A stretch of DNA of 64,000 nt, taken from the NCBI GenBank assembly GCA_963727255.1, contig CAVSFC010000002.1, forward strand, positions 512,001 through 576,000, given 5' to 3'. Both the position numbers and the translations under genes were made by a program. Of this stretch, positions 38,660 through 48,775 are shown one piece after another (within the stretch, counting starts at the first letter, position 1; each line of letters starts with the position of its first letter). The DNA comes from an uncultured bacterium (GTDB lineage Bacteria; Babelota; Babeliae; Babelales; Vermiphilaceae). Under the pieces are notes generated by a model. The model was given only the letters and a program-made list of their open reading frames with translations, ran no database searches and had not been told where the DNA came from.

Positions 38660-39952
38660 TTATTTTTCTTTTGTATAAAGCAATAAGCCAAAAGCTAATA
38701 ATCCAGCAAAGCCAATGAGTGGCAGAATGCCGCCAATCAAAAAGTTTCTGATACAAGCGCCGATAAGTATTAAACAGCTGATCAATGCAGCATGAGGGAT
38801 GAGTTGTTGTGCAATTGGATAGTGATTGCGTTTATAGGCCATCATCAAGGCGAATACGCAAACAGTATACGTAAGAGCCGTACCCAGAGCGGCAAGCTGT
38901 TGCAAGATAACTTGATTTCCTGAACTAGCAAAAAGATATACGACACAAAAGAGCCATTCTGCAAATATACAAAAATAGGGAATTGCTTGCGCGTTTAAAG
39001 CGGAAAAAATCTTCCAACCTCTAATTTTTTTATTTTGCGCAAGAATATATAGGTTCCAATTGTTGCTATACAAAATGCCATAGCATCCGCCCAAGGCAGA
39101 TGCAGCAATTGCAAGATGAAAGAGAGCTTGTAGCTTGTGAATCAAAGTAGGATTAAAATGGAAGAGCTTCTGCAATAATGCCGGAAAGGCACCCAGATAA
39201 TTTGGTTGATCAGCCAATGTTTGACCAAGAGTTGCATAGAATAAGAATTGGAATAAAAATACCAAGATCATCATTGTAGCGAATGAGATCATAATTGCTT
39301 TTGGGGCATTGCGTTCTGCATCTTCAATTTTATTACTGATGGCGCAGATTGCTTCAAACCCCATTGCTGCATAAAGAACAAGGGGAATGCAGGATGGAAT
39401 ACCGGTCCAAATTGCGGGTAAAGAAAAAACATGTGCAGGAGCAAAAAAAAGTAATCCGATTGTGATCACAAAAAGAACAGGAAGTAATTTGAGTGCTAAA
39501 AATCCAAACTGGATACGGCTTCCGGTTTTCATGTTCAAAAGATTTAGGCAGATAAATAAACTTAAAATAAGTAAATCATAAAAAAGTATTGGGCCTACTG
39601 AAAGTAAGGCGGGGAATATTTGAGTGATCAGGGAAACTGAAACATGAATCATTAAACTTGCAGAGGCCAGTTTTGCAATAAAATAACTCCAGGTACTAAT
39701 ATATCCAACTAACGGGCTTATTTCTTGTTCGCCATACATATAAAAACCACCGGATGGATATATTTTTATGAGCGATGCAATGGCGATAATAAGTGGCAAA
39801 ACTAATAATCCAATCAATGGATACATAAATCCACTTAATAGGCCAGCACGTTTCGAGAGCTCGACGGTATTAATAAAAATTCCTGCGCCCATCATGATAT
39901 TGATGTTAATTAAAATCGCAGTGGGAAGAGATAATTTATGCTCAGCGGCCAT
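38660..39952 (-). CDS. APC-family amino-acid permease
   Basis: MMGAGIF, PSGGFY.Y, YAAMGFE, NAPKAI; about 12 TM helices. Confidence 0.9.
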   Translation of the reverse strand: MAAEHKLSLPTAILININIMMGAGIFINTVELSKRAGLLSGFMYPLIGLLVLPLIIAIASLIKIYPSGGFYMYGEQEISPLVGYISTWSYFIAKLASASLMIHVSVSLITQIFPALLSVGPILFYDLLILSLFICLNLLNMKTGSRIQFGFLALKLLPVLFVITIGLLFFAPAHVFSLPAIWTGIPSCIPLVLYAAMGFEAICAISNKIEDAERNAPKAIMISFATMMILVFLFQFLFYATLGQTLADQPNYLGAFPALLQKLFHFNPTLIHKLQALFHLAIAASALGGCYGILYSNNWNLYILAQNKKIRGWKIFSALNAQAIPYFCIFAEWLFCVVYLFASSGNQVILQQLAALGTALTYTVCVFALMMAYKRNHYPIAQQLIPHAALISCLILIGACIRNFLIGGILPLIGFAGLLAFGLLLYTKEK

Positions 39953-39999
39953 ATACTTTCTTTCGTAAAAATATTTTTTTATTTAGGAGTGTACGAAGC

Positions 40000-40743
40000 T
40001 TATTGGCCAAATGCAAGATATAGGCCAATAGATCCTGCAACGGCAGCATTCAGGCTTTCCGCTTTGCCAGGCATTGGGATCGTCATAAATTCATCGCAAT
40101 CGCGAAGCCATTCTTGAGGAATGCCGCTTGCTTCATTGCCAACAATGAGCAGTGTTTTTTCAAAATTGATATCTGCAGGCTTTTTGCCGCCCTTAACCAC
40201 GAGTGCGCAAAGTTTGATATCTTTTTTCCACTTAACCACGGTTTGCCATGATGGGGTAAAAATATTCATGAATGCAATAGTGCCCGCAGTTGCTTGAATT
40301 ACTTTTGGGCTCCAAACATCAACTCCATCAACAATTACAACGCTTTTAAGATTAAGCGCAGAAGCAGTGCGAATGAGGGTCCCCATGTTGCCTGGATCGG
40401 TAATATTTGCCAATAAAATTCCCGAGCTTAATTGGGAGAAATTTGGTTGAACAGGAATTTCAAATACTGCCAAAAATCCACTTGGTGAGGTTGCAGCACT
40501 CATCTTTTCCATCACCGTTTCTGGAACAATCGTGATAAAAAAATCATTAGCTAGCTTTTGCGCTTCAGCAAGATTTTCTTGCGTGGTAAAGAGCTGAGCA
40601 AGTTTCATGCTGTTTTTGATGAGGGTGGTAACCGTGCGCAGGCCTTCAGCTATAAATCTGTTTTGAGTCTCGCGGCCTTTGCGATCGTGCAGAGCGCAGA
40701 CCGATTTAATTTCTTCGTTTGTTTTAGAGGTAATGGTTTTCAT
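40000..40743 (-). CDS. TrmH/SpoU family RNA methyltransferase
   Basis: DPGNMGTLIRTA, VGNEASG, ESLNAAVA. Confidence 0.93.
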   Translation of the reverse strand: MKTITSKTNEEIKSVCALHDRKGRETQNRFIAEGLRTVTTLIKNSMKLAQLFTTQENLAEAQKLANDFFITIVPETVMEKMSAATSPSGFLAVFEIPVQPNFSQLSSGILLANITDPGNMGTLIRTASALNLKSVVIVDGVDVWSPKVIQATAGTIAFMNIFTPSWQTVVKWKKDIKLCALVVKGGKKPADINFEKTLLIVGNEASGIPQEWLRDCDEFMTIPMPGKAESLNAAVAGSIGLYLAFGQ

Positions 40744-40747
40744 TTAT

Positions 40748-41878
40748 TTATAACTCATCATTAAGAATTTTTTTGCGGTAATCCGCCATTAATTGGACCA
40801 TAAAATGAAGATTGTGAATACTTGCCAAGGTGTAGCCAGAAAGCTCGTTCGCTTTAAACAGGTGATGCAGATATGCCCGAGTATATTTTTGGCACACAAT
40901 GCAGGCGCAATTTTTATCAATTGGCTCGAATGCATGCCGATTAGCGCTATTCAAAATTTTTTGATTTCCGGTGCTGGTGAATAATAAGCCATGCCGTGCG
41001 CAACGGGTGGGATGCGAGCTATCAAAGGTATCAATGCCAAATTTGATGCATTGCTCCAGTGATTCTAAATCGCCAATCCCCAGCAAGTGATTTGGTTTAT
41101 CCCTAGGAATTTCTGGCATGGTCGTGGAAAGCATCTCAAACATCTGCTCGCGCGTTTTGCCCATTGATCCGCCAATTGCAAAACCATCAAACGGCAAGTT
41201 GGTTAGATAATTGCAACTTTTTTTGCGCATTTTTTGGTCTACGCCTCCATGAATAACCGCATACATTGCTTGATTATTGGGATGAGCAAGGTGGGTATCA
41301 AGAGAGCGTTTTTCCCAGCGATGGGTGCGTTCAAGCGATTCATGGGCTGCTTTTGAATCAGTGTGATAAGGCAAAAGTTCATCGAATGGGATAATAATAT
41401 CGGCGCCAAGATCTTTTTGGGCTTGCACAGAAGTTTCAGGGGTAAGCAGAATTTTTTGCCCATCGCGATAAGAGCGGAATAGAACTCCTTCTTCGGTGGT
41501 TTTAATCACCAAGTTATCAGTCTTTTTCTGCCCTTTGCTCTTAAGTTCGTCTTTGACGGTGCCATAGGCCAGGCTAAATACCTGGAAGCCCCCTGAATCA
41601 GTAATTATCGGTGCAGAGCGATTAATAAAGGAATGGAGCCCTCCAGCCATTTTTATGGTCTGGGTACCTGGTTGCAGCATCAGGTGATAGGTGTTGCAAA
41701 ACATAAGCTGCAGTCCGAGAGAGTTTACCACTTCGCTATCTACCCCTTTGAGGGTCCCATTGGTGCCTACGGCAACAAAATTAGGGGTATCTATGACCCC
41801 ATGGGGGGTCTGAATACGGCCAACACGTGCCTTAGATCTGCTAGATTGATAGATTTGTTCAAAAAAGAAGGAGTCCAT
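40748..41878 (-). CDS. tgt: tRNA-guanine transglycosylase
   Basis: NTYHL, TDSGGFQVFSL, HLLGIG, DTFDS, CAC.VC..YTRAYLHHL, HNL. Confidence 0.96.
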   Translation of the reverse strand: MDSFFFEQIYQSSRSKARVGRIQTPHGVIDTPNFVAVGTNGTLKGVDSEVVNSLGLQLMFCNTYHLMLQPGTQTIKMAGGLHSFINRSAPIITDSGGFQVFSLAYGTVKDELKSKGQKKTDNLVIKTTEEGVLFRSYRDGQKILLTPETSVQAQKDLGADIIIPFDELLPYHTDSKAAHESLERTHRWEKRSLDTHLAHPNNQAMYAVIHGGVDQKMRKKSCNYLTNLPFDGFAIGGSMGKTREQMFEMLSTTMPEIPRDKPNHLLGIGDLESLEQCIKFGIDTFDSSHPTRCARHGLLFTSTGNQKILNSANRHAFEPIDKNCACIVCQKYTRAYLHHLFKANELSGYTLASIHNLHFMVQLMADYRKKILNDEL

Positions 41879-41992
41879 GAATATCCCTAAAAAAAGCATT
41901 TTTACTAGTATAACAGCTAAAAAATTATAAAAAAGGTTGCCAGTGGGGCTGCCAAAGGGAGCAATGTGAGTGTTTTTGGCCCATTTAATAAT

Positions 41993-42020
41993 TTGACAAA
42001 TAGAATTATTTAGTTAGAAT
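41993..42020 (+). promoter_or_regulatory. Putative sigma70 promoter
   Basis: TTGACA-16 bp-TAGAAT upstream of the gene at 42059. Confidence 0.55.
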
Positions 42021-42058
42021 AATAGATAGAAAACTAGTAAAAATAAATGGAGGATATC

Positions 42059-42919
42059 ATGTCAAAAAATATAAGAAATGTATTGATTATTTTGGGGTTT
42101 TGCGCGAACCTTGGTTCATTTGCGATGGCTATGGATAAACCACCAAAAAAACGCAAAAATATTGAGCTTCCTGAAGAAATTAGAAAAAGTTCCCGAATAG
42201 AAGTTGCTGAGGCAACTAAAGAGGCTTCGGGTATTAGTGCGCTCAATGCTCTTCGGAAAAAGAAAGTATGGAAAAAATTGCATGAACAAATGAGGAAAAG
42301 TAAATCTGATTCAGAATTGTCAGTCGCAGATGAATTGAATAATTTATTTGAGAAAGCGCAATCGCAATCTGATGAAACAAATAAGCCACTTTTACCTGAT
42401 AGGGCTCTTTCAGTAGTTAGCAGTGATAGCGATAACTTTGCTTCATTATTGGAATTAGCAAAAGAAGTTGTAAAAAAAGACAATGAGCAGATTCGCTTTC
42501 AATGCATCGCTCTTGATGACGGTAGTCTCGAAGTAACTGAGAAAAGTGGTAGCTATTCTCGCAATTATATATTAAAAATGTTCGGAAAAATTACTGCATT
42601 TGCAACTACACCGAATGCTGACACTATCGTTTCGACTGATAACAAAAACATGGTAACAATATGGAAAAAATTCGCTCAATCATTTTGGGTTCCTCTCTCT
42701 AAGAATGCTGAGGGGCTAGTTAAATGCGAAGAAAGAACCAGCACGGTATACCGGCCTATTGAGCTTGGCATTCTGGAAAATCCAATAGCAAATTTATCTA
42801 TTAATCCAGACGGCTCGCGTATTATTGCCAAACATAAAGGTGGCATTTCACGTAAAACAACAGTATGGGAGCTCAAGAAATTCCCCTATTTTGAATACCA
42901 AAGAACAGATATTGAATAA
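42059..42919 (+). CDS. Secreted protein with NLS-like motif and WD40-like C-terminal blades
   Basis: GGAGG RBS before MSKN; signal peptide followed by MDKPPKKRK; ITAFATTPN...VTIWK and IANLSINPDGSRI...VWE. Confidence 0.8.
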   Translation: MSKNIRNVLIILGFCANLGSFAMAMDKPPKKRKNIELPEEIRKSSRIEVAEATKEASGISALNALRKKKVWKKLHEQMRKSKSDSELSVADELNNLFEKAQSQSDETNKPLLPDRALSVVSSDSDNFASLLELAKEVVKKDNEQIRFQCIALDDGSLEVTEKSGSYSRNYILKMFGKITAFATTPNADTIVSTDNKNMVTIWKKFAQSFWVPLSKNAEGLVKCEERTSTVYRPIELGILENPIANLSINPDGSRIIAKHKGGISRKTTVWELKKFPYFEYQRTDIE

Positions 42920-42946
42920 TAACAAATAGCATCGCATTAAAAGATG

Positions 42947-42980
42947 AAAATAGGCCCGGTTTAGTCGGGCCTATTTTTTT
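42947..42980 (+). terminator. Rho-independent terminator
   Basis: aaaataggcccg-gtttagt-cgggcctattttttt. Confidence 0.8.
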
Positions 42981-43114
42981 GTAAAAAAGAGGCAAAAACC
43001 CTTGATTTATAGGGCTTTTTTGGGCTATTATAATATTACAGATAGAAATGTTTCTCTGGTAAGGGAAGAGTGGATTTCCGAGAGAAATTATGAGGATAAA
43101 AAAGGAGAAAAATC

Positions 43115-43654
43115 ATGAAAAGAATATTGACAATTGCCTTATTGCTTTCAACAGTAAGTTTAGCAAACGGGGCTTCCTGGGCTGAAATGTTTCAACAATA
43201 TATGGGGCAACCAGTTGCAAGTACCACCGCAACTGCAACAACCGGGACAGCTGTAACCCAGCAAGCATCGGTACTCGATCAATTAAAAGATCTAATCCCA
43301 GGATTGATAGCAAATATTAAAATTCTTGCTCCAAAAGTAGTTGAATTAGCGAGCAAGGGCGCACAAGGTGGAATTTCTGGATGGTTTGCCCGTGCAGCGG
43401 ATCTTGGTGGAGATACAGTTGCACAAAATGCATTAAAAGGTTTAGTTAATCAGTTGACTACTATTAGTGGTTCTGCAACTTCGCTTTTGAGTAATGGAGA
43501 TGCAACTACACAATCAATGGTCAAAGGACTTTTATCCCAAGTAACTCAAATTCCTGAGTTTAAGACTCTTCTGGAATACGCTAAGAATATTCCAATGATT
43601 GGGGGACAATTGCAATCATACCTTGAATCATTGACCAAGGAAGCTGCTCAGTAA
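43115..43654 (+). CDS. Secreted helical hypothetical protein
   Basis: AGGAG RBS, signal peptide. Confidence 0.82.
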   Translation: MKRILTIALLLSTVSLANGASWAEMFQQYMGQPVASTTATATTGTAVTQQASVLDQLKDLIPGLIANIKILAPKVVELASKGAQGGISGWFARAADLGGDTVAQNALKGLVNQLTTISGSATSLLSNGDATTQSMVKGLLSQVTQIPEFKTLLEYAKNIPMIGGQLQSYLESLTKEAAQ

Positions 43655-43666
43655 TAGAAAAGCAAA

Positions 43667-43699
43667 TTCAGAGCGACAATTAAACTCTGTCGCTCTGAA
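43667..43699. terminator. Hairpin between convergent genes
   Basis: ttcagagcgaca...tgtcgctctgaa perfect 12-bp stem. Confidence 0.55.
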
Positions 43700-44348
43700 T
43701 ATATTTTTTTATGCAAAGCACCAATGGCGCGAGTAATGCCATCGTTATCATTTTAATGGTGAATGCAACGAGCATCACCTGCCCAATATTATCAATAATG
43801 CCATAAAGCCCCAGCAGACTAAAAAGAATCGTATCAAGCGCTTGTGAAACAGTAATACTTATAATATTGCGCAATAAAAGACGCTTCCCTTCAAAAAGCC
43901 GTTTAAGAACCGCATAAAAATGGGTGTCAAAATGCTGCACTATCAGATAGACAATGATTGATGCTGAGGTTAATCGTGGCATATAAGAGAGCAGATTATA
44001 ATAATAATTGTGCGAAAAATCGCTCATGCTTGGTATATAAAAAATATGTATCTGTGAGACGATGGTATAAAAAATAAGCAAAACAAAACTTATCCAAATG
44101 GCCTTTCTGGCTATATGTTTGCCGTAATATTCTTGCAGTAAATTTAAGCTCAGCACAGATCCAACAATATACATATCAGATGCGGTAGCCGTAAATCCAA
44201 ACAAAGTAATTTGCTTGATTACAAATAAATTCGCGAGAATCGCTTGCACACATAAAAAGGCTACCAGAGCCTCTGCTCCCATCTTAAGCATAATGAGTGT
44301 GGTAGCGGTAATGGAGAGCAGATGAAAAAGAAATAATAGTTCATTCAT
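43680..44348 (-). CDS. yhhQ: Queuosine-precursor transporter (VUT/YhhQ family)
   Basis: ANLFVIK, E.YGK..ARKAIW, R.TSAS, RN..S..VSQALDT.LF. Confidence 0.88.
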   Translation of the reverse strand: MNELLFLFHLLSITATTLIMLKMGAEALVAFLCVQAILANLFVIKQITLFGFTATASDMYIVGSVLSLNLLQEYYGKHIARKAIWISFVLLIFYTIVSQIHIFYIPSMSDFSHNYYYNLLSYMPRLTSASIIVYLIVQHFDTHFYAVLKRLFEGKRLLLRNIISITVSQALDTILFSLLGLYGIIDNIGQVMLVAFTIKMITMALLAPLVLCIKKYIQSDRV

Positions 44349-44435
44349 TTTAAAACTCTTGTGTAATGGGATGAGCAATCATGATACTAAATATCGCACG
44401 ATCACAAAAGAGCCATCTTTAAAATGGGAGATTAC

Positions 44436-45284
44436 ATGAAAGAAATTTTGCTCATTCTTTTGGTGTCTGTTTCTTTGAAAGGAATGGAACAAGAAAATTC
44501 TCGCGAGCAAGCAAAAAAAATAATAAAACAGCTGGTGCAAGAAGCCATTGAAGAAAAGGAACGTTCTTACGAAAATTCTGGAGTCATTGTTGCTAGGCCA
44601 ATTTTTATTAAAGCAGAGGTTGATACCGGTCCAATCCATATTGATGATGAAAAAGGGATTATGGTTGCTGATGGTAAAGTTTTTATCGTTGATTATAAAA
44701 ATCAGGCGATTACTAAAAAACTACAAATGCAATCACGCATTGAATTATCCCACAATGCGGGCGCTGCCATTGTGGCAGTAACTGCAATTAAGAATATGGT
44801 CGGAGCTGCTCATACAACTACTATTTTATTGGGGGAAGATAAGGGAAGGATACTTGTTCTTGATCCTGAAGATTGTCAATTTAGAACATTAGGGCAGGTT
44901 CCGGGAAGAATCCTTTCTTTCGCAATTAATCGCAAGGGGGATCGCATAGCTGTCAGATTTACTGGCAAAGATTCAGAAGGTCTACCCGTGCCATGCTTTG
45001 CATTGAGTGCTGCGTATTTACAAAAACAAAATGAATTAAAGACAATTACCGATTCTGAAAAACGTCGCTCATGGAGATCAATTAATAATTGGCAGTGGAC
45101 TGAATTTTTTACTGAGCAATGTAAACATGAAGTAAAAGCAATTACTGTTAAAAAGAAATATTGTATTACTGAGTGCGCAACGGGATATTTAGAAAAATGG
45201 AAAATTAAACATGCCAGTACCAATCCGCGACTTAAATGCATCAAGAAAACAAAGATAGAAGAAGGAGGCAAGCGCAATGTTTAG
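44436..45284 (+). CDS. Secreted beta-rich (propeller-like) protein
   Basis: GGGAG RBS before MKEIL; signal peptide followed by MEQE; paralog of the next gene. Confidence 0.8.
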   Translation: MKEILLILLVSVSLKGMEQENSREQAKKIIKQLVQEAIEEKERSYENSGVIVARPIFIKAEVDTGPIHIDDEKGIMVADGKVFIVDYKNQAITKKLQMQSRIELSHNAGAAIVAVTAIKNMVGAAHTTTILLGEDKGRILVLDPEDCQFRTLGQVPGRILSFAINRKGDRIAVRFTGKDSEGLPVPCFALSAAYLQKQNELKTITDSEKRRSWRSINNWQWTEFFTEQCKHEVKAITVKKKYCITECATGYLEKWKIKHASTNPRLKCIKKTKIEEGGKRNV

Positions 45285-46086
45285 ACCCGTTCTTTTAGTA
45301 CTAATATTCAGCAATTATTTTTTCACCGGCGCGATGGAACTGCCCAAAACCAATTCGCCTTGCGCGCAAGCAATACGCGAAATAGTAATGCAACATGCCC
45401 AGGAACGAGAAAATTTGCGCAAATTCAAAGAAAATTTAAGCTTTTATAGCCGCACTAGGTCAAATAGTTTGCCCGCATTATGGTTCAAGCAAGATATTGA
45501 GTCTGGGACGATATTTGTTAAAGAAGATACAGGATTTTTATGCACACCAAAGAGGCTTTATGTTGTTGATGCGGTCAAAAAACAGACAAAAGAGTTTTCT
45601 ATGCCAGAAGGCATAGATCAAAGCGATACCATCGAACCTTTGGCTACAGTTACGACGCTCAATTATGGAAAAATGATCGGATTCAATGATTGCCAAGTCT
45701 TTTTGGGTGAAAGTAACGGAGGCATATTGATTGCTAATCCTAATACTCTTGAAATAAAACCATTTGGGAAGGTATCGGGAAGCATTTTACGGCTCTTGTC
45801 AGACTCCTTAGGGCAGCGGTTTGCCGTATGTTTTGATGCCGATAAGACTCATGAAAAAGCTTCAAAGCACTTCGCGCTTGCCGTCGCCTGTAGTAAGAAA
45901 TCATCTGACTTTGCTGAAAATTTACAGTGGACTGAACTGATAAGTGGTCGATGCGAATACACAATAAAGAAAATAATGTTTAATGCGAACTACCTTGAAA
46001 CGCATGGTGATGGCGGCATTCTCGATCAATGGTATTTGCAAAACATTGACACGAATCCAAAATTGGTTAAATTAGCCAGGCCATAA
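45277..46086 (+). CDS. Secreted beta-rich (propeller-like) protein
   Basis: Signal peptide followed by MELP; shares LGE..G.IL..P, G.V.G.IL, QWTE and TNP.L with the previous gene. Confidence 0.8.
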   Translation: MFRPVLLVLIFSNYFFTGAMELPKTNSPCAQAIREIVMQHAQERENLRKFKENLSFYSRTRSNSLPALWFKQDIESGTIFVKEDTGFLCTPKRLYVVDAVKKQTKEFSMPEGIDQSDTIEPLATVTTLNYGKMIGFNDCQVFLGESNGGILIANPNTLEIKPFGKVSGSILRLLSDSLGQRFAVCFDADKTHEKASKHFALAVACSKKSSDFAENLQWTELISGRCEYTIKKIMFNANYLETHGDGGILDQWYLQNIDTNPKLVKLARP

Positions 46087-46128
46087 ATTTTCAATGAATA
46101 TTCTAAAATCTCGGGGAGAAATAATTCT

Positions 46129-46464
46129 ATGCTTCATCGATATGCTTTATTATTAGCAATGTTTATGATTCATAATCTGGGCGCAATGGATGCAGAGACG
46201 AATGAACATTCAAAAACAATTGGTGCGGTTTATCGGTATTGTTTGCAACATATGTCAAAGCAACCAACAATATTTGAATGCACCGAACTTTTCAATCAAT
46301 TAAGCCAGGCCCCTTTCGTCAAACGGCCCCAATCTCCACTGGCAGAACTGGATCATGAAAATAAACGATACTTGGTCAGCCTAGAATCAAACGTCGCCGT
46401 TGAGAATGTATATCAAATTGCTCATTATAAAAGTGATGGCGCTTCAGAAGTGACTTGCGATTAA
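46129..46464 (+). CDS. Small secreted hypothetical protein
   Basis: GGGGAG RBS; signal peptide followed by MDAE. Confidence 0.7.
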   Translation: MLHRYALLLAMFMIHNLGAMDAETNEHSKTIGAVYRYCLQHMSKQPTIFECTELFNQLSQAPFVKRPQSPLAELDHENKRYLVSLESNVAVENVYQIAHYKSDGASEVTCD

Positions 46465-47433
46465 GGGATATTCTTTGAATCCGATAAGACGGCATTCAGG
46501 CTGCGGCACGATGCCAAATTCCTTTTTTACCATCTCTTGCATCGTTCGCGCAAGAGTAATAATTTCTGTGCTCGTTGCATTGCCTTGATTTACAAGCATA
46601 TTAGCATGCTGGTATGAAACAATCGCATCGCCAACTTGCAGTTGGCCTTTAACGCCAATTTTATCAAGATAATAAGCAACATAGATCATTTTTTTACTGT
46701 TGCTCATGCAAGTAACTTCATGATCCAGAAAATTCCGAAAAAAACTGCCACAAGTATTTTTATTTGGATACCGGCTATGACGATGACGAATAATTTCTAC
46801 ACGTCGGCCCTTGGCAAATGCGGTCTCAATATCAGTTGCTTTCTTGAGCTTAAATGTTGCATCTATTAAATAGTGTTTCTCATCATGCAATTTTGATTGA
46901 TCATATCCAAAATCAAACCAAGATGGCTCTACGATTTCAAATTTTCCTGTTTTACGATCAATGATTGTTGCTTGCATCATAAATTGGGCAAGCAAGTATT
47001 GGAAGTAATGAAGATTGATGTACACCGATCCGCCAACGGTCCCGGGAATGCCGCTAAACTCTTCTAAGCCAAGGAGATTATTTTGCAAGCAAAACAGAAT
47101 GAGATCATGCATGCTAATACCAGCGCCAGCCTTAATAAAATATTCTCCATTTTGGACGATAATAATCATTTCTTTTAATTGCGGCCGAATTACTAACCCG
47201 TCAAAACCCTCATCGCTAATCAAAATATTAGCTCCTTGGCCCAAAACAAAAATGGGCAATTGCCGAAATTGCGCAAAAGCGAGCGCATTTTGAAATTCTT
47301 GCACAGTAGTTGGCTCACAAAAAAAGCGCGCCGGGCCACCAGTAGCAAACCAATTTTTATCTTTTAAAGGAATATTGGTAGTGATGAAAGTTGGAATGGC
47401 GCCAGTCTCTTTAAGAATTTGTTGTTTGTTCAT
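46444..47433 (-). CDS. murB: UDP-N-acetylenolpyruvoylglucosamine reductase
   Basis: TGGPA, LGQGANILISD, GLE..SGIPGTVGG, GSFFRN, HANMLVN. Confidence 0.95.
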   Translation of the reverse strand: MNKQQILKETGAIPTFITTNIPLKDKNWFATGGPARFFCEPTTVQEFQNALAFAQFRQLPIFVLGQGANILISDEGFDGLVIRPQLKEMIIIVQNGEYFIKAGAGISMHDLILFCLQNNLLGLEEFSGIPGTVGGSVYINLHYFQYLLAQFMMQATIIDRKTGKFEIVEPSWFDFGYDQSKLHDEKHYLIDATFKLKKATDIETAFAKGRRVEIIRHRHSRYPNKNTCGSFFRNFLDHEVTCMSNSKKMIYVAYYLDKIGVKGQLQVGDAIVSYQHANMLVNQGNATSTEIITLARTMQEMVKKEFGIVPQPECRLIGFKEYPLIASHF

Positions 47434-48343
47434 GTGGTGAATAAACCTTACAGGGATTAGGGCGTTTTGGTGCATTCTGATTGGTAATCATATCAAAGCA
47501 AATTTTGCTACAGGTATTAGCATAGTTTTGCAGACAATCTTTGCAACAAATAAAATGCCGATTACATGATGCGCGTAAACAATTGGTATAATCATCGCAA
47601 GGGATCTTGCAAATAGAGCAACTGCCTAAAATATCATCGGTAACTTTGACTGCTGTGCGCCCATCAAACACATAATTCTTTCCACGAAAAAAACCATTAG
47701 GAAATTGTTCGATATAGCGATGAATGCCCCCCTTAATTTGATATACTTCTTGGGCTACGCCTTTTGATTTTACATACGCAGAAGCACGCTCGCAGCGGAT
47801 TCCTCCCGTGCAATACATAAGAACTTGTTTATCTTTAAAATCCTCAAGATGCTTATCAATATAAGCGGGAAAATCTCTAAAATTGGCAACATCAGGTTTT
47901 ATGGCGCCAGACATTGTTCCAATCGCCGATTCTACTTTATTACGGCAATCAATAATAATCAAATTTTCAGGTTTTTGCGCGATCAGTTCATGAGCTTGAG
48001 CTGGCTCTAAATGTATGCCGCCATGCTCAGCGCGAATAGTTGCGGGATCAAGTCCTAAATTCACAATTTCTTTTTTTATTACGATACGTAATCGGGGAAA
48101 GTGATCACCAGTATGAGTAGTTTCTTTAAAATCAATGTCATTGAATAAAGGATGTTCAAGCATCTGTTGCTTATACAGTTCTAAATTTTCATGATCTCCG
48201 CCAAGGGTGCCGTTGATTCCTTCATGCCCAAGAATCACACGGCCTTTTAATCTGAATCGCGCGCAGATTTCTTTTTGCCAAGTGAGTATTTTGTGGGGAC
48301 GATCAATAAAAATATATTTATAAAAAAGTATGATTGATTTCAT
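47411..48343 (-). CDS. trhO: Rhodanese-domain tRNA U34 hydroxylase (UPF0176)
   Basis: LFYKY, EGINGT, YCTGGIRCE, GGIHRY, GKNYVFD.R. Confidence 0.92.
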   Translation of the reverse strand: MKSIILFYKYIFIDRPHKILTWQKEICARFRLKGRVILGHEGINGTLGGDHENLELYKQQMLEHPLFNDIDFKETTHTGDHFPRLRIVIKKEIVNLGLDPATIRAEHGGIHLEPAQAHELIAQKPENLIIIDCRNKVESAIGTMSGAIKPDVANFRDFPAYIDKHLEDFKDKQVLMYCTGGIRCERASAYVKSKGVAQEVYQIKGGIHRYIEQFPNGFFRGKNYVFDGRTAVKVTDDILGSCSICKIPCDDYTNCLRASCNRHFICCKDCLQNYANTCSKICFDMITNQNAPKRPNPCKVYSPHEQTTNS

Positions 48344-48379
48344 AATTTCATTGATGGTAACTAGATTGTTTTATATTAA

Positions 48380-48775
48380 TTATTGGTTCGGCTGGCTATC
48401 GATTTCGCTCGATTCTAATGGTTTATCATAAATTGGAATTTTTATTAATCTACGATATTCAGTTCCGCGTGAGGTAACGTCCATAGCTGCTCCTTCATCG
48501 GCTTTCCAATTAGTAGTACTACTGGTAGTAGATTCACCGTGTGAACGTTTATAATCTTCTATTATAGTTGCCGGAGGACCATTGGAGGTTACGATAGGTT
48601 CTTCTTTTTGAGATTCTCTTCCATAACCAGTTTCTAAAAAGACGGTCTTAAGCAATGTCCCACTATTTTCCAGTTTCTGCATATATTCCATCAAGTTAAC
48701 TGTTTTATCCATACTCAATATGGGAAGAGTAAATAGCTGATTCGTGCAAAATATAATAATCATTTTCTTTATCAT
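48380..48775 (-). CDS. Hypothetical, probably secreted protein
   Basis: Hydrophobic N-terminus followed by MDKT; ATGA overlap with the upstream gene. Confidence 0.65.
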   Translation of the reverse strand: MIKKMIIIFCTNQLFTLPILSMDKTVNLMEYMQKLENSGTLLKTVFLETGYGRESQKEEPIVTSNGPPATIIEDYKRSHGESTTSSTTNWKADEGAAMDVTSRGTEYRRLIKIPIYDKPLESSEIDSQPNQ

